A stretch of DNA of 64,000 nucleotides from Paramecium tetraurelia (lineage: Eukaryota). This document shows, piece after piece, positions 26,801 through 42,097 of the stretch. The notes under the pieces were generated by a model. It saw only the letters and a list, made by a program, of their open reading frames with translations. It was not told the DNA's origin and ran no database searches. The position numbers were made by a program, and so were the translations under genes. Within the stretch, counting starts at the first letter, position 1; every line of letters begins with the position of its first letter. Where the stretch lies: assembly GCA_000165425.1 (NCBI GenBank), contig CT868429.1, positions 261,337 to 325,336 on the forward strand, in the 5' to 3' direction.

Positions 26801-27555
26801 CTTCTGAATAAGTAACTGTTATTAAACAAATAATATAAAATAATAAGGATGACTCTGTGATTATTGAAAAGAGTATCACTGTATTAAATTTATCTGTCAA
26901 ATAATATTCAAAAAAGATTTGTACTTTAGATAACTTATAAATATTCACTTAACTTATAGAATAGTATAAATAAAATGAGAAGGTCATCAGCTTAATCTTA
27001 ATTCTAATATAAAATTTAGCTTGCGATAAAGATAATCATTCTACAATAAATAAAAGCGTAGTGTATAATGCCCTGGAATTTTTCTAGGATAATTAACAGA
27101 TTAATCATTTTTCTTAGAAAATCAAAACTATAATTTCAAATTAATAAATTTAACCTGAATAGATTTAGGTTTAGATGAAATAAATAATCCTAGATAACCC
27201 TGCAGATAAATTAGCAAGAGGATTTCCTCTATTAGTCTTTACTTCAAGTTCTGATACGAAAACAGGAAATTTAAAGGTATTGCCTTCAAATGAGCTTTTC
27301 TTTTAAGAGAACTCTGGAGATATTAAGGAGAAATTTAGGATAAGGTAAGTAGTTGATATGAATTTTAAACCAAACTCAAATTCTAGTGAATATAGATTAT
27401 ATCAAGGGTCTAGATTTTTCAATAAAGATTTATTCTTTACAATAAGAGGGAAGTATAATAATAAATTCAACACCATATCAGGTCAAGCTCTATTAATCGA
27501 ATAAAAATAAGAACTTGTATCAATTTTAGAAATTTTATATGACAAAGCATCTTGA
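17823..27555 (+). CDS. Giant (~3,000 aa) protein: helical/ARM-like N-terminus, Q/E/K-rich coiled-coil centre with poly-Ser blocks, ARM-like repeats, PH-like C-terminus; spans the assembly gap
   Basis: Long code-6 frames on both sides of the N gap with the same composition. ARM-like segment NAYYALSCLCYQNKEVQQQLL. Ends LARGFPLLVF...ELVSILEILYDKAS-TGA. Continuity across the gap is inferred. Confidence 0.65.
24000..24759. repeat. ~300-bp direct duplication flanking a 150-N assembly gap (24297-24446)
   Basis: 24000-24296 recurs at about 24447-24759 (e.g. gagattgaacataaatatcaataataataagaag; cgaacaaaaaccttaa). The second copy is increasingly indel-rich towards the gap. Confidence 0.9.
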
Positions 27556-27720
27556 TAAATTTTTAATTTTTAACCAAAAAATAATTATATTTGTTTCATA
27601 TTAAGTTTAATAATCATCTTTTAGGAACGTGAGTTCATTCAGTTGAAATGATAAATTTTCAGATTACCAAAAAATAATGATAAATTTCATTTAACAAATT
27701 AATATTGATATATAAAAATA

Positions 27721-28820
27721 ATGAATTCATCACTTTAAATTAGCAGAAATACATACTATAAATAACATCGAAATTATTCAATGAGGCCTATTTCCTCTTT
27801 GGCAGAAGAAAATTAAGTTAGAAACCTTAGAATGTTCTCTTAATCTAAAGGTTGTGCAATAACGACCAACTAACCTCAAAGAATAGAATTACCATGTTTT
27901 TTTAACACTCCAGCCAGATTTAAGAGCATGAATGTATTATTTAATATTAGTTAAAGAGAAAAATAAAGTTCAATTGTCAGAAAAACAAAACGATCCTAAA
28001 AGTCTTTAGACTCCTGAATTATGTATTTATCTACAATCTCAAAGAAGATTGAAAGATTATGAAATGCTGGCTTTTGCATGTAAAAGAGCTGGCAAGATCA
28101 AAGATGAAGGAAGGGCGTATTATAGTATGGGAGTGCTTTTGGACAATATGGGTAAATGGAGTTAAGCTATATAATAATATGAGAGATTTCTAAAAATATG
28201 CATTAAATTAAATGATTAGCATGGATGTGGTTTAGCTTACAATTGTATAGGAGTAGACTATCAATTTATGGCTGAAACAAATCCAAAGTTTATTGAAAAA
28301 GCAATTGAATTCCATAAAAAACATGAAGAAGTTTCAGATAGTAATGGTAAATTCTTGGCATCAATAAATATGGGTCTATGTTATGATGCCGATTCTTAGT
28401 TATCTATGTTCTACTTTTAGTAAGCTCTCAAACACGCAATAAACATGTCTAGCAAATTAGGATAAACAATTGCAATTGCTAATATTGGAAGGATAGGACA
28501 AAAAGGTTTATATGATAATGCTGAAAAAATGAAAGTAAATATATACTCAAAAGTTTTAGTTATTCATAGAGAAGTTTCTCTAATTGGCAAGTGAGTTAAA
28601 AGATAAAGAAAGTATCATAAAAGGACATATGAAACTAGGGGCAGTGTCTGCTTAATTGGGATCATATACGGAAGGAAAGAATAGCTTTTTGAAGGCCCTG
28701 GAAATGGTTGAGAATGATCGTTACTTATATTAAGAGGCAAAATGCGGATTTGCTATTTCGAATGCTGAAATGAATATGGATTAATACCTAAGAGAATAGG
28801 CTTAATTATTAAAACAGTGA
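27721..28820 (+). CDS. Tetratricopeptide-repeat protein
   Basis: EGRAYYSMGVLLDNMGKWSQAIQQYERFL...GLAYNCIGVDYQ...KAIEFHKKH. Short introns. TGA at 28818-28820. Confidence 0.8.
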
Positions 28821-28962
28821 TACTAATTCAATCAAATAATTATTCATATCCAATAAACCTTATATCCTTATTTTAGTTTAACACATAGTTAATACAATTT
28901 TCAAAGAAAAAAGATAGATTATAAATTTAATATTTTGTGTGTTACATGATTGTTTTATTATA

Positions 28963-30122
28963 TCATATTCTCCAAAAGTTAATAATACCATTAACATCAC
29001 TTGTAGATATTAAGTTATCACTAACTTTGTTTACACTATTGATGGCTGTCTAATGTCCAAATTTATCATCATCTGTCTTCTGTCCTATTATAATAGTTAA
29101 TATTTTGTACCTTTTCCAGAAAAAATTTACTTTGCAGCAGCAATACTTCCAGATTTCTACACTTCTCCTTCTGCAGCCAAGCATTTTTCAATAATTGATG
29201 TAAACTTCAATGTTGGATCACAATTCAACAGAACTGGCTTTCTATCATATCCAACTCCCACTAATGTGGAATCATTTAAATATAGTATTTTATTAAATGG
29301 TTTTGTCTCTTTTATATAAGATGCCTAAATGATATATATTGAGAATGTACATTTTTATCTTCATCATCAACAATCAAACTTCCATCATTATTGAACGAAT
29401 ATTATTTAATTAATCCTGTATGTGCTGCGACTGCAAATTTATTGCCTGATTGATTAAAATCAATCGAATTAACCCAACCATTTAAATTTATTGTAACAAG
29501 GATTTCTCCAAATGTTTTAATGTCCTTGAATAGACCAGTGTATGACTAATCCTCAGAATTTTGATTTTCTTATATAACACATGAAACTAATTTAAATGTC
29601 TGATCAGTTGATCCTAATCCTAATACTCTTCCACTTGGATGGAATCTGCATGCTGTTACACTTGAATAGAAACAATTGATCTATTGATTATGCCACCAAT
29701 TATTTTTTTCTTCAAAAAATAAAACAAATGCTTTATGGCATGCAGTCCCAACTACACATTTTTATCCATTAGGAGCCCATTCTCCTGACAAAATGGCTTT
29801 CTCATTTGTGATAATGACTAAATCTTTGCTCCAAGTATTATTGATATTTCTATATACATAAACCTATCATCATCTTAAAATTTACGCTTCTGTCATCACT
29901 TCCAATTAAAATTTTGTTATCTACTGACCAAGATAACACATTAATTTATTAAGATGCATCTTTCAACGTAGATACTTTTTACCATGTTCCAATCTTCTCT
30001 AATTAACCAACTTTATAAATATCTGCATTGCTGGTATTCTTAATAGAAAGAGCAACAAATTAGCCATCTGGTGACCAAGTATGAGTTACTAACTTTTGTT
30101 ATTTCAGATATGATTCTGTCAT
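28963..30122 (-). CDS. ARPC1: Arp2/3 complex subunit 1 (p40/p41, WD40)
   Basis: HTWSPDGQFVAL...WSKDLVII...EWAPNGQKCVVGT...FFEEKNNWW...RFHPSGRVLGLGSTD...STSDVNGIINFW. Confidence 0.88.
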
Positions 30123-30413
30123 TTTGTTAATAATATTTATATTGTAAAATATAATTGAAATCCATAATTTTATAGGATAATCATAATATTAAATTTTATA
30201 TATCTATGTAATATCCTATTACATCCTCTCATTGTTATAAATAAGCTGCTTTGTTATAATTTATAAATATTATTATTTTTCATTCTATATTTCGATTATT
30301 ATATTCAAACAATAATTATCAAAACTTTTATAGAGCTAATTTTTAACTAAAATGTTCACTCTGATTAAATTAGTTTATAAGGGTATACCTTTAGTTTATT
30401 TACTATAATTAAA

Positions 30414-31196
30414 ATGTCAATAATCAAAGCACCTCATTCTCCTTAGATAATTAATTATTTGAAAGGTCGAACATAAGATAATAATAAAATATCACAATCC
30501 CTTAAAGTGGAAAAATCAAGAAATTCAATTATTGAAGATTAGGACGAATAAGTAACAGTGATTAAATAGAAAATCTATTAAGGAGACTTTTCAGAATTTG
30601 ATAATACATTATAATAAAAGGTGTCTCCCAATGAAACCAAAATATTAATAAATAATAATGACTAATCAAATTCATTACAAATTAGAAATCATACTGAAGA
30701 TGCTATGATATCTGTTTCACCTAAGGATTGCTGTTTTTGTGGGGAAGCATAAAATATATTTCCCATTTGCTAATGTTCATAAGCCCATCAAAAGTGTGCT
30801 AATGAATTTCTGCAATAAGGACCATATTTAGAATAAATCTAATGCAAAAATTGTAATCACTATAGACATGTCAATGGTGTTATTAATTTCGATTTTAGTT
30901 AATGGAAAAAAAACAAATCATCCCTACTTTTGGAACTCTTATTTTTAGTTATAATTTTGGCTATTTTTGGAGCTTTAACCTACTTTTCCTTCTTTGTAGT
31001 ATATGATAAGATAGCTACAGATAGGATATTAATATCTTGTCTGGTGTTTTCATATACTATTTGGTTTATCTTGCTTATATGTTTGGTATCTAGAATGCTT
31101 ACTCATTTTAAAAAAGTTAGGTTAATGATCAAAAGATTCGATGCTAAAAATGTTTAATATAATTAAAATTACGTAAATTTAATGATGAGATTATGA
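30414..31196 (+). CDS. RINGv/MARCH-like zinc finger followed by two TM helices
   Basis: CCFC...PICQCSQAHQKC...QCKNC followed by two hydrophobic helices. 783 nt ORF. Confidence 0.7.
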
Positions 31197-31271
31197 AATT
31201 TGACTCACATATGACAATATTATTATGAAATAACTAATTGTTGTTTCTTTTATTAAAATATATTTTTTATT

Positions 31272-32242
31272 ATGATTTTTGAGATTTCAAATTACTGTAA
31301 AGAAATCAATAATTGCTTCATAGACTCTAAAATAAGCTAAGGCTAGAATGAAAAATATTTGTTAGGAAGAATTTAATCTTTGCAAGTATATCACTAAATT
31401 TACAATTTGATAGGATAGCTTGAAAGAATTTGATTTTTGGTTTAAAACTTAATTCAATAATGAGGAACTTCTAGTCAATTATATTTACACTGAATTACTA
31501 GAAGTTAGAAAAATAAATAAAGTTGTGTAATTCAAAAAGATTGATGAAAAATCATCAGAAATAAAAGGCTTAAGTATGGATTCATAAAAGAGTGCAGAGA
31601 CATAATCCAGCATTTGTAGTGCAATGTAATAAAGCTAAACATAGTTTTAGATCTTATTATAAACAGTGCACTAAAAAATTATAGAAAAAAGGATCATTAT
31701 TGATGGAACTTCTCAATAATAATAAAGAAGAACAAATAGATCAATCCAATATCTAAACTCCTCCAAAGCCTTATTCACTTGAGAAAATCTAATATGTGAT
31801 TAATTTTGAGATTAATTGTTTGAAACAATATGAAATTAGTGGTGAGGAAGAAAATTAATTGCAAGTTATCCAAGATAAAGAAGTGTTAAGATGGATTCTT
31901 GATACGATCTAAACCAAGAATCATTACAAACAAATTCTTTAGTGTTTAATTAACTCTGCATAGGAATTAGCTAATTATTAGATAGAAGACTTTACTTAAG
32001 CCATTGAGAAAATGAACAGTCAAAGCTCCTTTTAGACTAATGATGAAAATCTTAAGTCTATGAGCAATTAATCATTCTAAATTAATTAAGATGCTTTCAA
32101 ATTATTGATAGAGAATAAAATAAAATAAAGTATGGCTGAACAGAATGAAAAAAAGAAAAATAAAACTAAATCAAAAAAGTCTATTGCATCAAATAAATAT
32201 GATAATTCTGATACGAAAGTCTGCATGTGTTCAATATTTTGA
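31272..32242 (+). CDS. Hypothetical protein with polybasic region and C-terminal CaaX (CMCSIF)
   Basis: Ends EKKKNKTKSKKSIASNKYDNSDTKVCMCSIF-TGA. Short introns; internal exon structure not fully resolved. Confidence 0.6.
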
Positions 32243-32815
32243 TAAACCAAAATTGATTTTTATTTGTTTATTGTTACTTAACAAAAGTTTCAATTCTTAT
32301 TTAGTCATTTCAGATTAGATATATGCTTATTATTGTATATGTTCTAATATTAGATTGATTTTTAATTATTTAAACTAATAGGCTAGATGTATAAGTCGTG
32401 TTTGATGACAAAGAATTAAATTATTTAAAGAAAAAAAGACAGAACTTATAAAATTATTCAAGTAAAATATTATAAATAAAATTCTTGATTTATTTTAAAT
32501 ATATCTAATAGCAATTTATATTACAAAATATGATAAAAAGACTCTTTTTGGTTGTTTTTGAAATAAATTTGAGAAAAATGGTTCAAATAAAAAATCTAAA
32601 AATAGGCAAAAAAGATTTATGTATTATATCCTAACAAAAATATCATTTAATTTAATATTTTCGACTGTTGCTTAAAGTATGATTTTTTTTTCAACAAAAT
32701 TTGAATCATGATTTATAATTTGCCCATAAATTCTAAGTACCCTAATGAAGAAGATTATATTTAGAGTTAAAAATGTATTTTTATTTTATCATTCGATTGA
32801 ATATAATCAATTATA

Positions 32816-34715
<1,900 letters not shown>

Positions 34716-34754
34716 TTTTTAATATATATTATTATATTAATCTATAATTTATAG

Positions 34755-35348
34755 ATGCAATAAACAGTAGTCACAATAGATCCATCTGTAATTCTTAAAT
34801 TAATATTAAGGTCTGCCATGCAAAATTAAAGAGTGATAAAACTTTGTGTGGCTTAGCCTACTTTGATGATTAATAGTCTTAAAGAGGAATCGTCTCTGAA
34901 TCTTTAGAATATTTCAGGTTGATGACATTCTTCAAAAATTATAACTATGAAGGTTTTAAATCAATATAATTTCTAGGACCTTCTGATATTTTATTAATCT
35001 ACCTATGGGTTGTGGCCGCACACATGATAAAAACTATAGAGAATGACTAGGATCAATAAGCTGCTGCCAAGAAGCTTGATGAAATCGCCAGAGAGGCTAT
35101 CCCAACAAGAAGTGGAGATAAAAAAAACTTTCTTGGTGGACTTCTCAAAGAAACACCAGGAGAAACTGATAAAATATAGGGATATTTGAAGGGACTTAAA
35201 GATATTCTTGGAAAAGAAATAATAGCAAAGTAATTATTGTACTAATATTTTAAGGTTCTTCAAAGAAGGCAAAAGAACATTTGATGCTAAGTTTTGGATT
35301 GGAATTGCAAAAAGAAAGTTTATGGGATTAAGTTATACAGGATTATGA
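34755..35348 (+). CDS. ARPC3: Arp2/3 complex subunit 3 (p21-Arc)
   Basis: IVSESLEYFRLMTFFKNYNYEGPSDILLIYL...IQGYLKGLK...AKFWIGIAKRKFMGLS fits the p21-Arc pattern. Three short introns. Confidence 0.82.
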
Positions 35349-35984
35349 ATTGAATTTGCATTAATATATAGAATTGATCAAATGAAATATTTATAAATCA
35401 ATTACCTTATAATCTTAATTCCTTTAATTTTCTAATTCCTTGCTAAATTCAAGTTTGACAGATTTTAAGTGTGTTATAGAATAATCTTAATGATGAAAAA
35501 GGATTTAGGAATTTTTGAAAGTAAATATTAAATGTACATTCGAGAAATTCATTAACTTAGACAATTAAATATTTATTAATTTTATAAAATCATAATCAAT
35601 AAGCTAAAAGAATTATTTATCATATTCAATACATAGTTCATTGGAATTACTCAAAAATATAGAACTAAATATAAATCTCGATCATCCCAGAAAAACTATG
35701 AAAAATACTGGTATATTTCATTTAAGGAATTTGTAAATGAATAAAAGGATAATACTTTATAGAAATCGTATTTTGTATTAAATTTAATTTAGATAATAGA
35801 TTATACTCTTTTATATTATATTAATGATGCATTTTCATAATAAATGGTTTTAATAGTAGGTGCTATTTATAAACCAATATTCAATAAAAAATTCAATAAA
35901 ATTTATATAACAAAAAGTTGAAAAACTGAAGTAATGATGATGTATGCATTTGAAAAATTGAAATAAATATATTTTTAATATTTT

Positions 35985-37606
35985 TCACTATATATTTAGT
36001 AGATCTTGAATTAAAGCTTTATTTAGTTTGCGCCTAGAATTATTTTAATAAATTACTTCTTTGTAATACCACAGTTTACAAAATCAAATTTAACGATGTT
36101 TTCACTTATTTTAATTTCCATTTAATCTTCAATGAGTTAAGGTCTGCTTGATTATAATTTCTTATCATGATTTCTTTATGAAAAGTTTTGAAGTGATTGC
36201 CAAGTTCCGTTGGCTGACTCTCTTACTCCTTCTCCATCATGAATGAACCATCTTAAAATAGTATATAAATAGTACTCATTATTTTTATAAATAATTTAAG
36301 CTTGTTTTCTTGAGACAGTATTAATATTAACTAACACGTCACATTCTTGGGATCTACCAATTTTATATACAGATTCTTAATTGTAGTTAGCAACAAAAAT
36401 ATGAGTAATTATTTAATGAATTGCTTAGTTATCGAATGTAATTTTTAAATAGGGTCTATCATATTCGCTTAGCTTTTATGAAGTTCTTTGTTTTTATTTG
36501 GTTGTTTTAATTTCATTCATAGCAACATTAAACATTTCTGTTTCTTCCAATGTCAATCCATGAATTTTAGATCCTCTTCTTATATGTTCCTTTGCAAGTG
36601 CATTATAGAAAAAGCTTTAGTCTTTTTTTACTTTTTTTGATTTATTTTGCTTTGGCTATGATTTCTTTTCTAAAACATGGAAAAATGTGTCTGCTCCAAT
36701 CAAATAAGTATTTTCTTATTCAATAGTTCTTATTTTGTCCTTTTTAATCTTCATAAAAGTACCAGCTCTGGTTCCATTATCGCAAATATAAAATTAAGGT
36801 TTATTTCTAAGAATAATTATAAGAAATACTTGATAAAAGAATAAATATGCTTTATAACTGAAAAAGGTAGTTTTGATGCATGTTGATTATTCCTTATAAG
36901 AGAAAAAAATAGTATAAGAGGTTTAGTAAGAGTATTTGAGAAGACGAATCCTTGATCAGTCAAAATTTTGCAGTGAACTTTTTCAACGTTTTTATCCCCA
37001 TGTGGTAAATCTTAAATGAATTTAAAGAATAAATACAGATATCACATGTGTCTTGCTTTTCTTCTTACTGCTTTTTTCTACCAATAATTATTTCTTTTTT
37101 TTAATCGGACCCCAAGATTCTAAATTAGTATACAATTTATTACCTATCATTTTGAAGGATAAATTCTTAGTCAGTTTAACTTGAGTGTTATTTAAAGACA
37201 GTAATTCGAATGTGAGGTTGATTTTCATTCAAATTGTTATTTTAATGTGTTATATTTTATACTGGTTATTCCTATTGCATAACATCATCTTAAAGGGAAT
37301 TTTATTCTCTATTGGTTTACGATTACAAAATCATAGAATGAATTTAGTTCAGTGGGTGCTGAATCTAATTGGAAATTATTGATGATTAGCTTACATTATC
37401 ATCCTCTATAACAATACAATTATCTTATGAAGTCCCTGGGACTACTGGCTAGTAAATTGGACTCACTTATTATGGAAAATTGCAGATTGGATATTAAGGG
37501 ACCATTGGTATGGCTAGTTGATGAATATAAGGTAAATAGTAAACTACAAAATTAATTGCATATAATTACATAATTAGAGAGGCTTTGGTTAAAGTTGGTA
37601 ACTCAT
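35985..37606 (-). CDS. Protein with Q/P-rich N-terminus and two FHA domains
   Basis: FYICDNGTRAGTFMKI and YKIGRSQECDVLVNINTVSRKQAQI...WFIHDGEGVRESANGTW. Several introns. Confidence 0.75.
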
Positions 37607-38161
37607 TCTCAGCTATTTTTTTGAATAAATTAATTATTTTTTATAATTCCTAGCTATAATTAGCTTATAAATGACTGAAAATTAGAAACTTATTGATATT
37701 ATTATGCGTTTTATAACTATCATTCTATTTGTCATTAACATATTCAATTGCTTTGTATTCCAGTCCAGTTTAAATGTTATTTAAAACCAATGAAGATATC
37801 ATAATTATATATATATATATATTATAAAACCTATGTTTTACGATTAACTTCTATAACATTTAAAAATATTATTTGTATGTAATATTAGAAGGAAAAAATA
37901 AATTTAGTTGGTTAAATAGTAATTGAAACACTTATCAATAGCTATTAATCCTTAACTATAATAGTTTAGTTGCATATCAAAATGAATAATAATCTTAAAA
38001 TTTTTCAATTTCTTAAAGTTAAGTACCCAGCTATTCCATCAATATCTTACAAGTTTGAATTGTATTAAAAAAGACTTCTTTTCTTTTCCTACAGAATTAG
38101 ACAACATAGTATTATATAATTTTATATTAATTAAATAGAACAATATGTTCCTTATATATGT

Positions 38162-39262
38162 TCATATTTTATATAAATGGATATTTTAATCCCAACTGCA
38201 AGTGGCAATAATCTTTCCAGTGCCGTGAAATTCAATTGCAGTAACTCTTTGTTTATGACCGATTAGATTATACAATGGATTATAAAATTATCCCTTCCTT
38301 TCAGTTTACCAAACCCTCGCGGCACCATCTCTAGCACCAGTTCCAAATCTTCTTTTATCTTTATCAAAATTTAAACAATGAACCTAATTTTTTTTAAAAC
38401 TTTCATACGCTATCACAATGAACTGGTGATTAATTAATTTTTGTTAATTCTTTCTTCTTCCCATCAAAATTATACTCGCTAATACTTTGATTCTTTGAAA
38501 ATATATGATTTATTTACCTTAGAAGCTACAAATAATTTATAGTTATCTTCTGATATTTTTAATGACTAAATTGCATAACATTTATTCTTTTATGTGGCCT
38601 TTGTATTTTAAATTTCTTCTATTTTTTAACTATCATATGCTTTGATAACTCCCATTGAGTCTCCAGTAAAAAAGTATTTGCTTTATTGACTGAAATTAAT
38701 GTTGTAAACAATATCCATGGATACTAAATTCTTCATAGATTTAATTACTTTGAAGATCTTTTATAAGCTTCAACTTTCGTAAGTCCCATAGTATGAGATG
38801 CCCATCTTATCCTCCACTTGCTAAATATAATCCATTATCACTCGCTTGAATCCAGTATATCTAATTGTTTAATCAATAGTGTACTCTATTTTTGTGCTCT
38901 TTTAAAGCTTAAACAGTCTTACCGCTTTTAGCATCCCAGACTAAAATTGATTTATCTGGAGATCCGCTAAAAATTTATTTTCCATCAAGAGAATAACTAA
39001 TTGACCAAATTCCTTCTCTAAAATAAAATAAATTATAAATACTTATGTCCTGAAAACTTAGCTGATTCTTTTTACTTCGTAACATCCCATATTTTTATTA
39101 ATTTGTCATGTGAGCCTGTCGCCAACTCTGATTGATTAGAAGGATTAAATTACAAGCATTCAATGGAATTAGAATGTGCCTATATTTAATTATATATTTT
39201 ACTTATTCAAACTTTTGAAATGGTTCTATAGAGTTATCCAACCAATTTTCTTAGGATTACAT
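38162..39262 (-). CDS. WD40-repeat protein
   Basis: LATGSHDKLIKIWD, IFSGSPDKSILVWD, GHKQRVTAIEF...IATCSWDQNIHLYKI-TGA. Confidence 0.88.
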
Positions 39263-39546
39263 TTATTAATATTGTAAAATATTGAAAATCAAATAAAATA
39301 AGTATTATTTTCTTTTTATTTTAATCCTTACGCTGTTGACTATCTATTTTCTATGTGATTCTAGAGTTGCATCTATGGTTTTTAATTTTAGAATTCTAAA
39401 GATATTTGAGTAATTATTTAGAAATGTAAATTAGTTTTTTATATGTACTATGTTTAATTTATTAAAGAGTATAATAATATATATATTTGCGCTTTATTTC
39501 TGAACATTTAAAAATTATTTTATAATAAAAAATTACTTCGAAATAG

Positions 39547-39948
39547 ATGGAATTAGAATTTCAAAGAAGTTCAAAATAATACCCTGTTGAAAGTTCTAAA
39601 GAAAAATAAAAATAAAGTAACCATGTTTCAAAGTATGGAAATAAAAACACACCAAGTAATAAATGTGCAATATTTGTTTTTAAAGATTAGAAAATAAAAT
39701 TTAGATTTCCTCTTATAGATGAAAAAAGTTGTGATTTTAGATCAGTACAATAAGAAACATTAGGAGGTCACCCATAAATTAAACATGCTTAGAAACCAAA
39801 TTTGCAATAGAATAATTCCATAAAAATGGAAGAAGAAAATAAAGAGAATGTAAATATCCTTTTAGAGACCCCTTTTTATGAAGTAAATAAAATTGACACA
39901 TTCAAAATATTTAATCAAAATTACTAAAATAAATTGCATGAACAATGA
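39547..39948 (+). CDS. Hypothetical protein, 133 aa
   Basis: Open frame MELEFQRSSKQYP...KLHEQ-TGA (402 nt). Confidence 0.55.
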
Positions 39949-40021
39949 TTTAACTTATAACTTATTTAATCTTTATATTCAAGTATTTTTATAATATATG
40001 TTCAAATAGTGTTAGTACTAT

Positions 40022-40528
40022 TCAGAAATCATTTACTCCAATTTTCTCCTATATTAATTATGCCAATTATATTAAAAGCTGTTTATATTCATTTGGTAAT
40101 TCTCTAATATCCTCATCTTAAATCTATTAAAGAGTAAAGCAAAAATTATTTAATTAGGTGTAACTCAATATTCTATCAGTGATATTCTACTTTTTCTTAT
40201 TTGTAAATTTTGATGATTTGAGTGATTGCATATTTGGTTGCTGAGAATTCAATTTTTCATGAGTTATACATTAGAATAAAGGATTGTAAATCTAAGAATA
40301 ATAGTTTTAATTTTAGGTTGATGACATTGTATTACATCTCTCCTGTAATTGGCTTTTGTGTTTTGAGAAATTAATTTTTTATTTGAAACCTGAATTTGTC
40401 TTTTAAGGTGAACTCTGTGTTTTAGTATAATTTTTTGATGGACTTTTAGAAAAATCAGTTTTTTAAATATCAGCTTTTAGTTTTCGCCTAAAATCAGTAA
40501 ATTCTTGGAGAAGGTCATTGGGTTTCAT
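40022..40528 (-). CDS. Hypothetical protein, 168 aa
   Basis: Open frame MKPNDLLQEFTDFRRK...EKIGVNDF-TGA (507 nt). Confidence 0.6.
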
Positions 40529-40587
40529 GTGGCAGTTAATAATAAATATAATTTGTTAATAATTTTAATATAAATTATTAGATTTAG

Positions 40588-40881
40588 ATGGCCGACCCAG
40601 CGTAATAAATAAATATTAAATTATGTGACATGTCAAGTGATTTATTAAAGGATGCTCAATATATAATTCTTGAAAATCTGAAAAAACACAGCCATGAAAG
40701 AGATATTGCATATTACATTAAGAGGGAGTAAAATATTTGAACAAATAATAGATTGGATAAGAGACACACAGGTCCTTGGCATTGTGTGGTTGGGAAGAAT
40801 TTTGGGATTTTCGTAACACATGAAGAAGGGTATTATTTGTAAGCAATCAAGGGATAAATCACTATAGTGGTTTGGAAATGA
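40588..40881 (+). CDS. Dynein light chain, LC8 family
   Basis: IKLCDMS...[35 protein letters not shown]. 24-nt intron 40728-40751 containing an in-frame TGA. Confidence 0.93.
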
Positions 40882-40936
40882 ATAATATGAAACTTCTTTA
40901 TTTTATAGTTTAAATTATAGATGTGTAAATATATTT

Positions 40937-42097
40937 TCAAATTAATTTACGACAAACGGGACATTACTATTTAATAATAACCCATTGTTGAAGACAATGA
41001 TCATGGAAATGATGTCTATAATTTAAAATAGTAAATTTACTTAACACTGCATGGTAATTGTACAATTAAATCATTATCTTCATAATCGCACATACAAATA
41101 TTGCATTGTTAGATGGCTGAGAACTCAGGACCACTTTTGTATTAAAACTTTTTCATTTTTTTGAACTTATTCTAAAAATGAATTAGGATTATTACTTTTG
41201 TTTGAAGTCTCTTGAAAATTTTACCTATAGTTTTAAATATAAATAGAAAGAGGATAATAGGCATGTATAAGGCCATTGATATTATGGCCAATCCAAATCC
41301 AATAATCAGAAAAGCAGAAAACAAATACCCTATCAGAAGTAGAACAAAGGTAACATTGTTTAAACCTAGTATTAAATTAATTGAAAGAATTACTATCATC
41401 ACAATCATTGGAATCTGATTGGAAGTATGCAATATTACCTCCTGTAAATATAAGGTAGAAAATGAATTAATTGTAGACTTTCATAAGACGAGTGTATTTA
41501 TTCAAAGCCTCTGCTTAGTGTATTATTTCATATTGAGTAAATGGTGGTTCAGCTATTAATTCTTCTTATCTTATGTCTCTCGTTGATAATTTCATTTTGA
41601 TCAGAGTTTTTATTTGATTTCGTCTAAAGTTTATTTTAGAATTATTTTTTTACTTATTTTTTTCTTCCATTCCTTAGAGATTCATTTATTCTTCAGAATC
41701 CTTTGTCAACATCTCTGCCATGACCAATAAGAAGATATCTTTTGAATTCATTTATAATGAATATAGCACAGCCAAATACCTAGAATATGTAAGGAATAAA
41801 TACCTGATCGAATTGAAAAATTCATACATGCCAACAATCGTCAACCAAACAAATAATGGATTAACATCGCATTGTTGATCACGTTGCTATAAACTATAAA
41901 AACAAACTAAGTACTTTCCAAAACTGAAAAGTAAATTAAAACCTAATGCGCTATACAATAATTTTACCTATATATTTATATGATTCTTTGAATTAAACTC
42001 TAAAATGCTCTTTAAGTAATTTGAACTTCTTTTCATCTTCATCTTTTGAAATTTTATTTTCTTGGTTTTAAGAAGTTTCCTCGAGTTCTCGATTCAT
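40937..42097 (-). CDS. Multi-TM protein with C-terminal RING-H2 (E3 ligase-like)
   Basis: Several hydrophobic helices, then CNICMCDYEDND...LPC...HHFHDHCLQQW...CPVCRK. Confidence 0.82.

Noticed and set aside
37704..37793. 29-aa hydrophobic small ORF (MRFITIILFVINIFNC...)
   Set aside because: Expected by chance in AT-rich DNA with a single stop codon; no supporting evidence.
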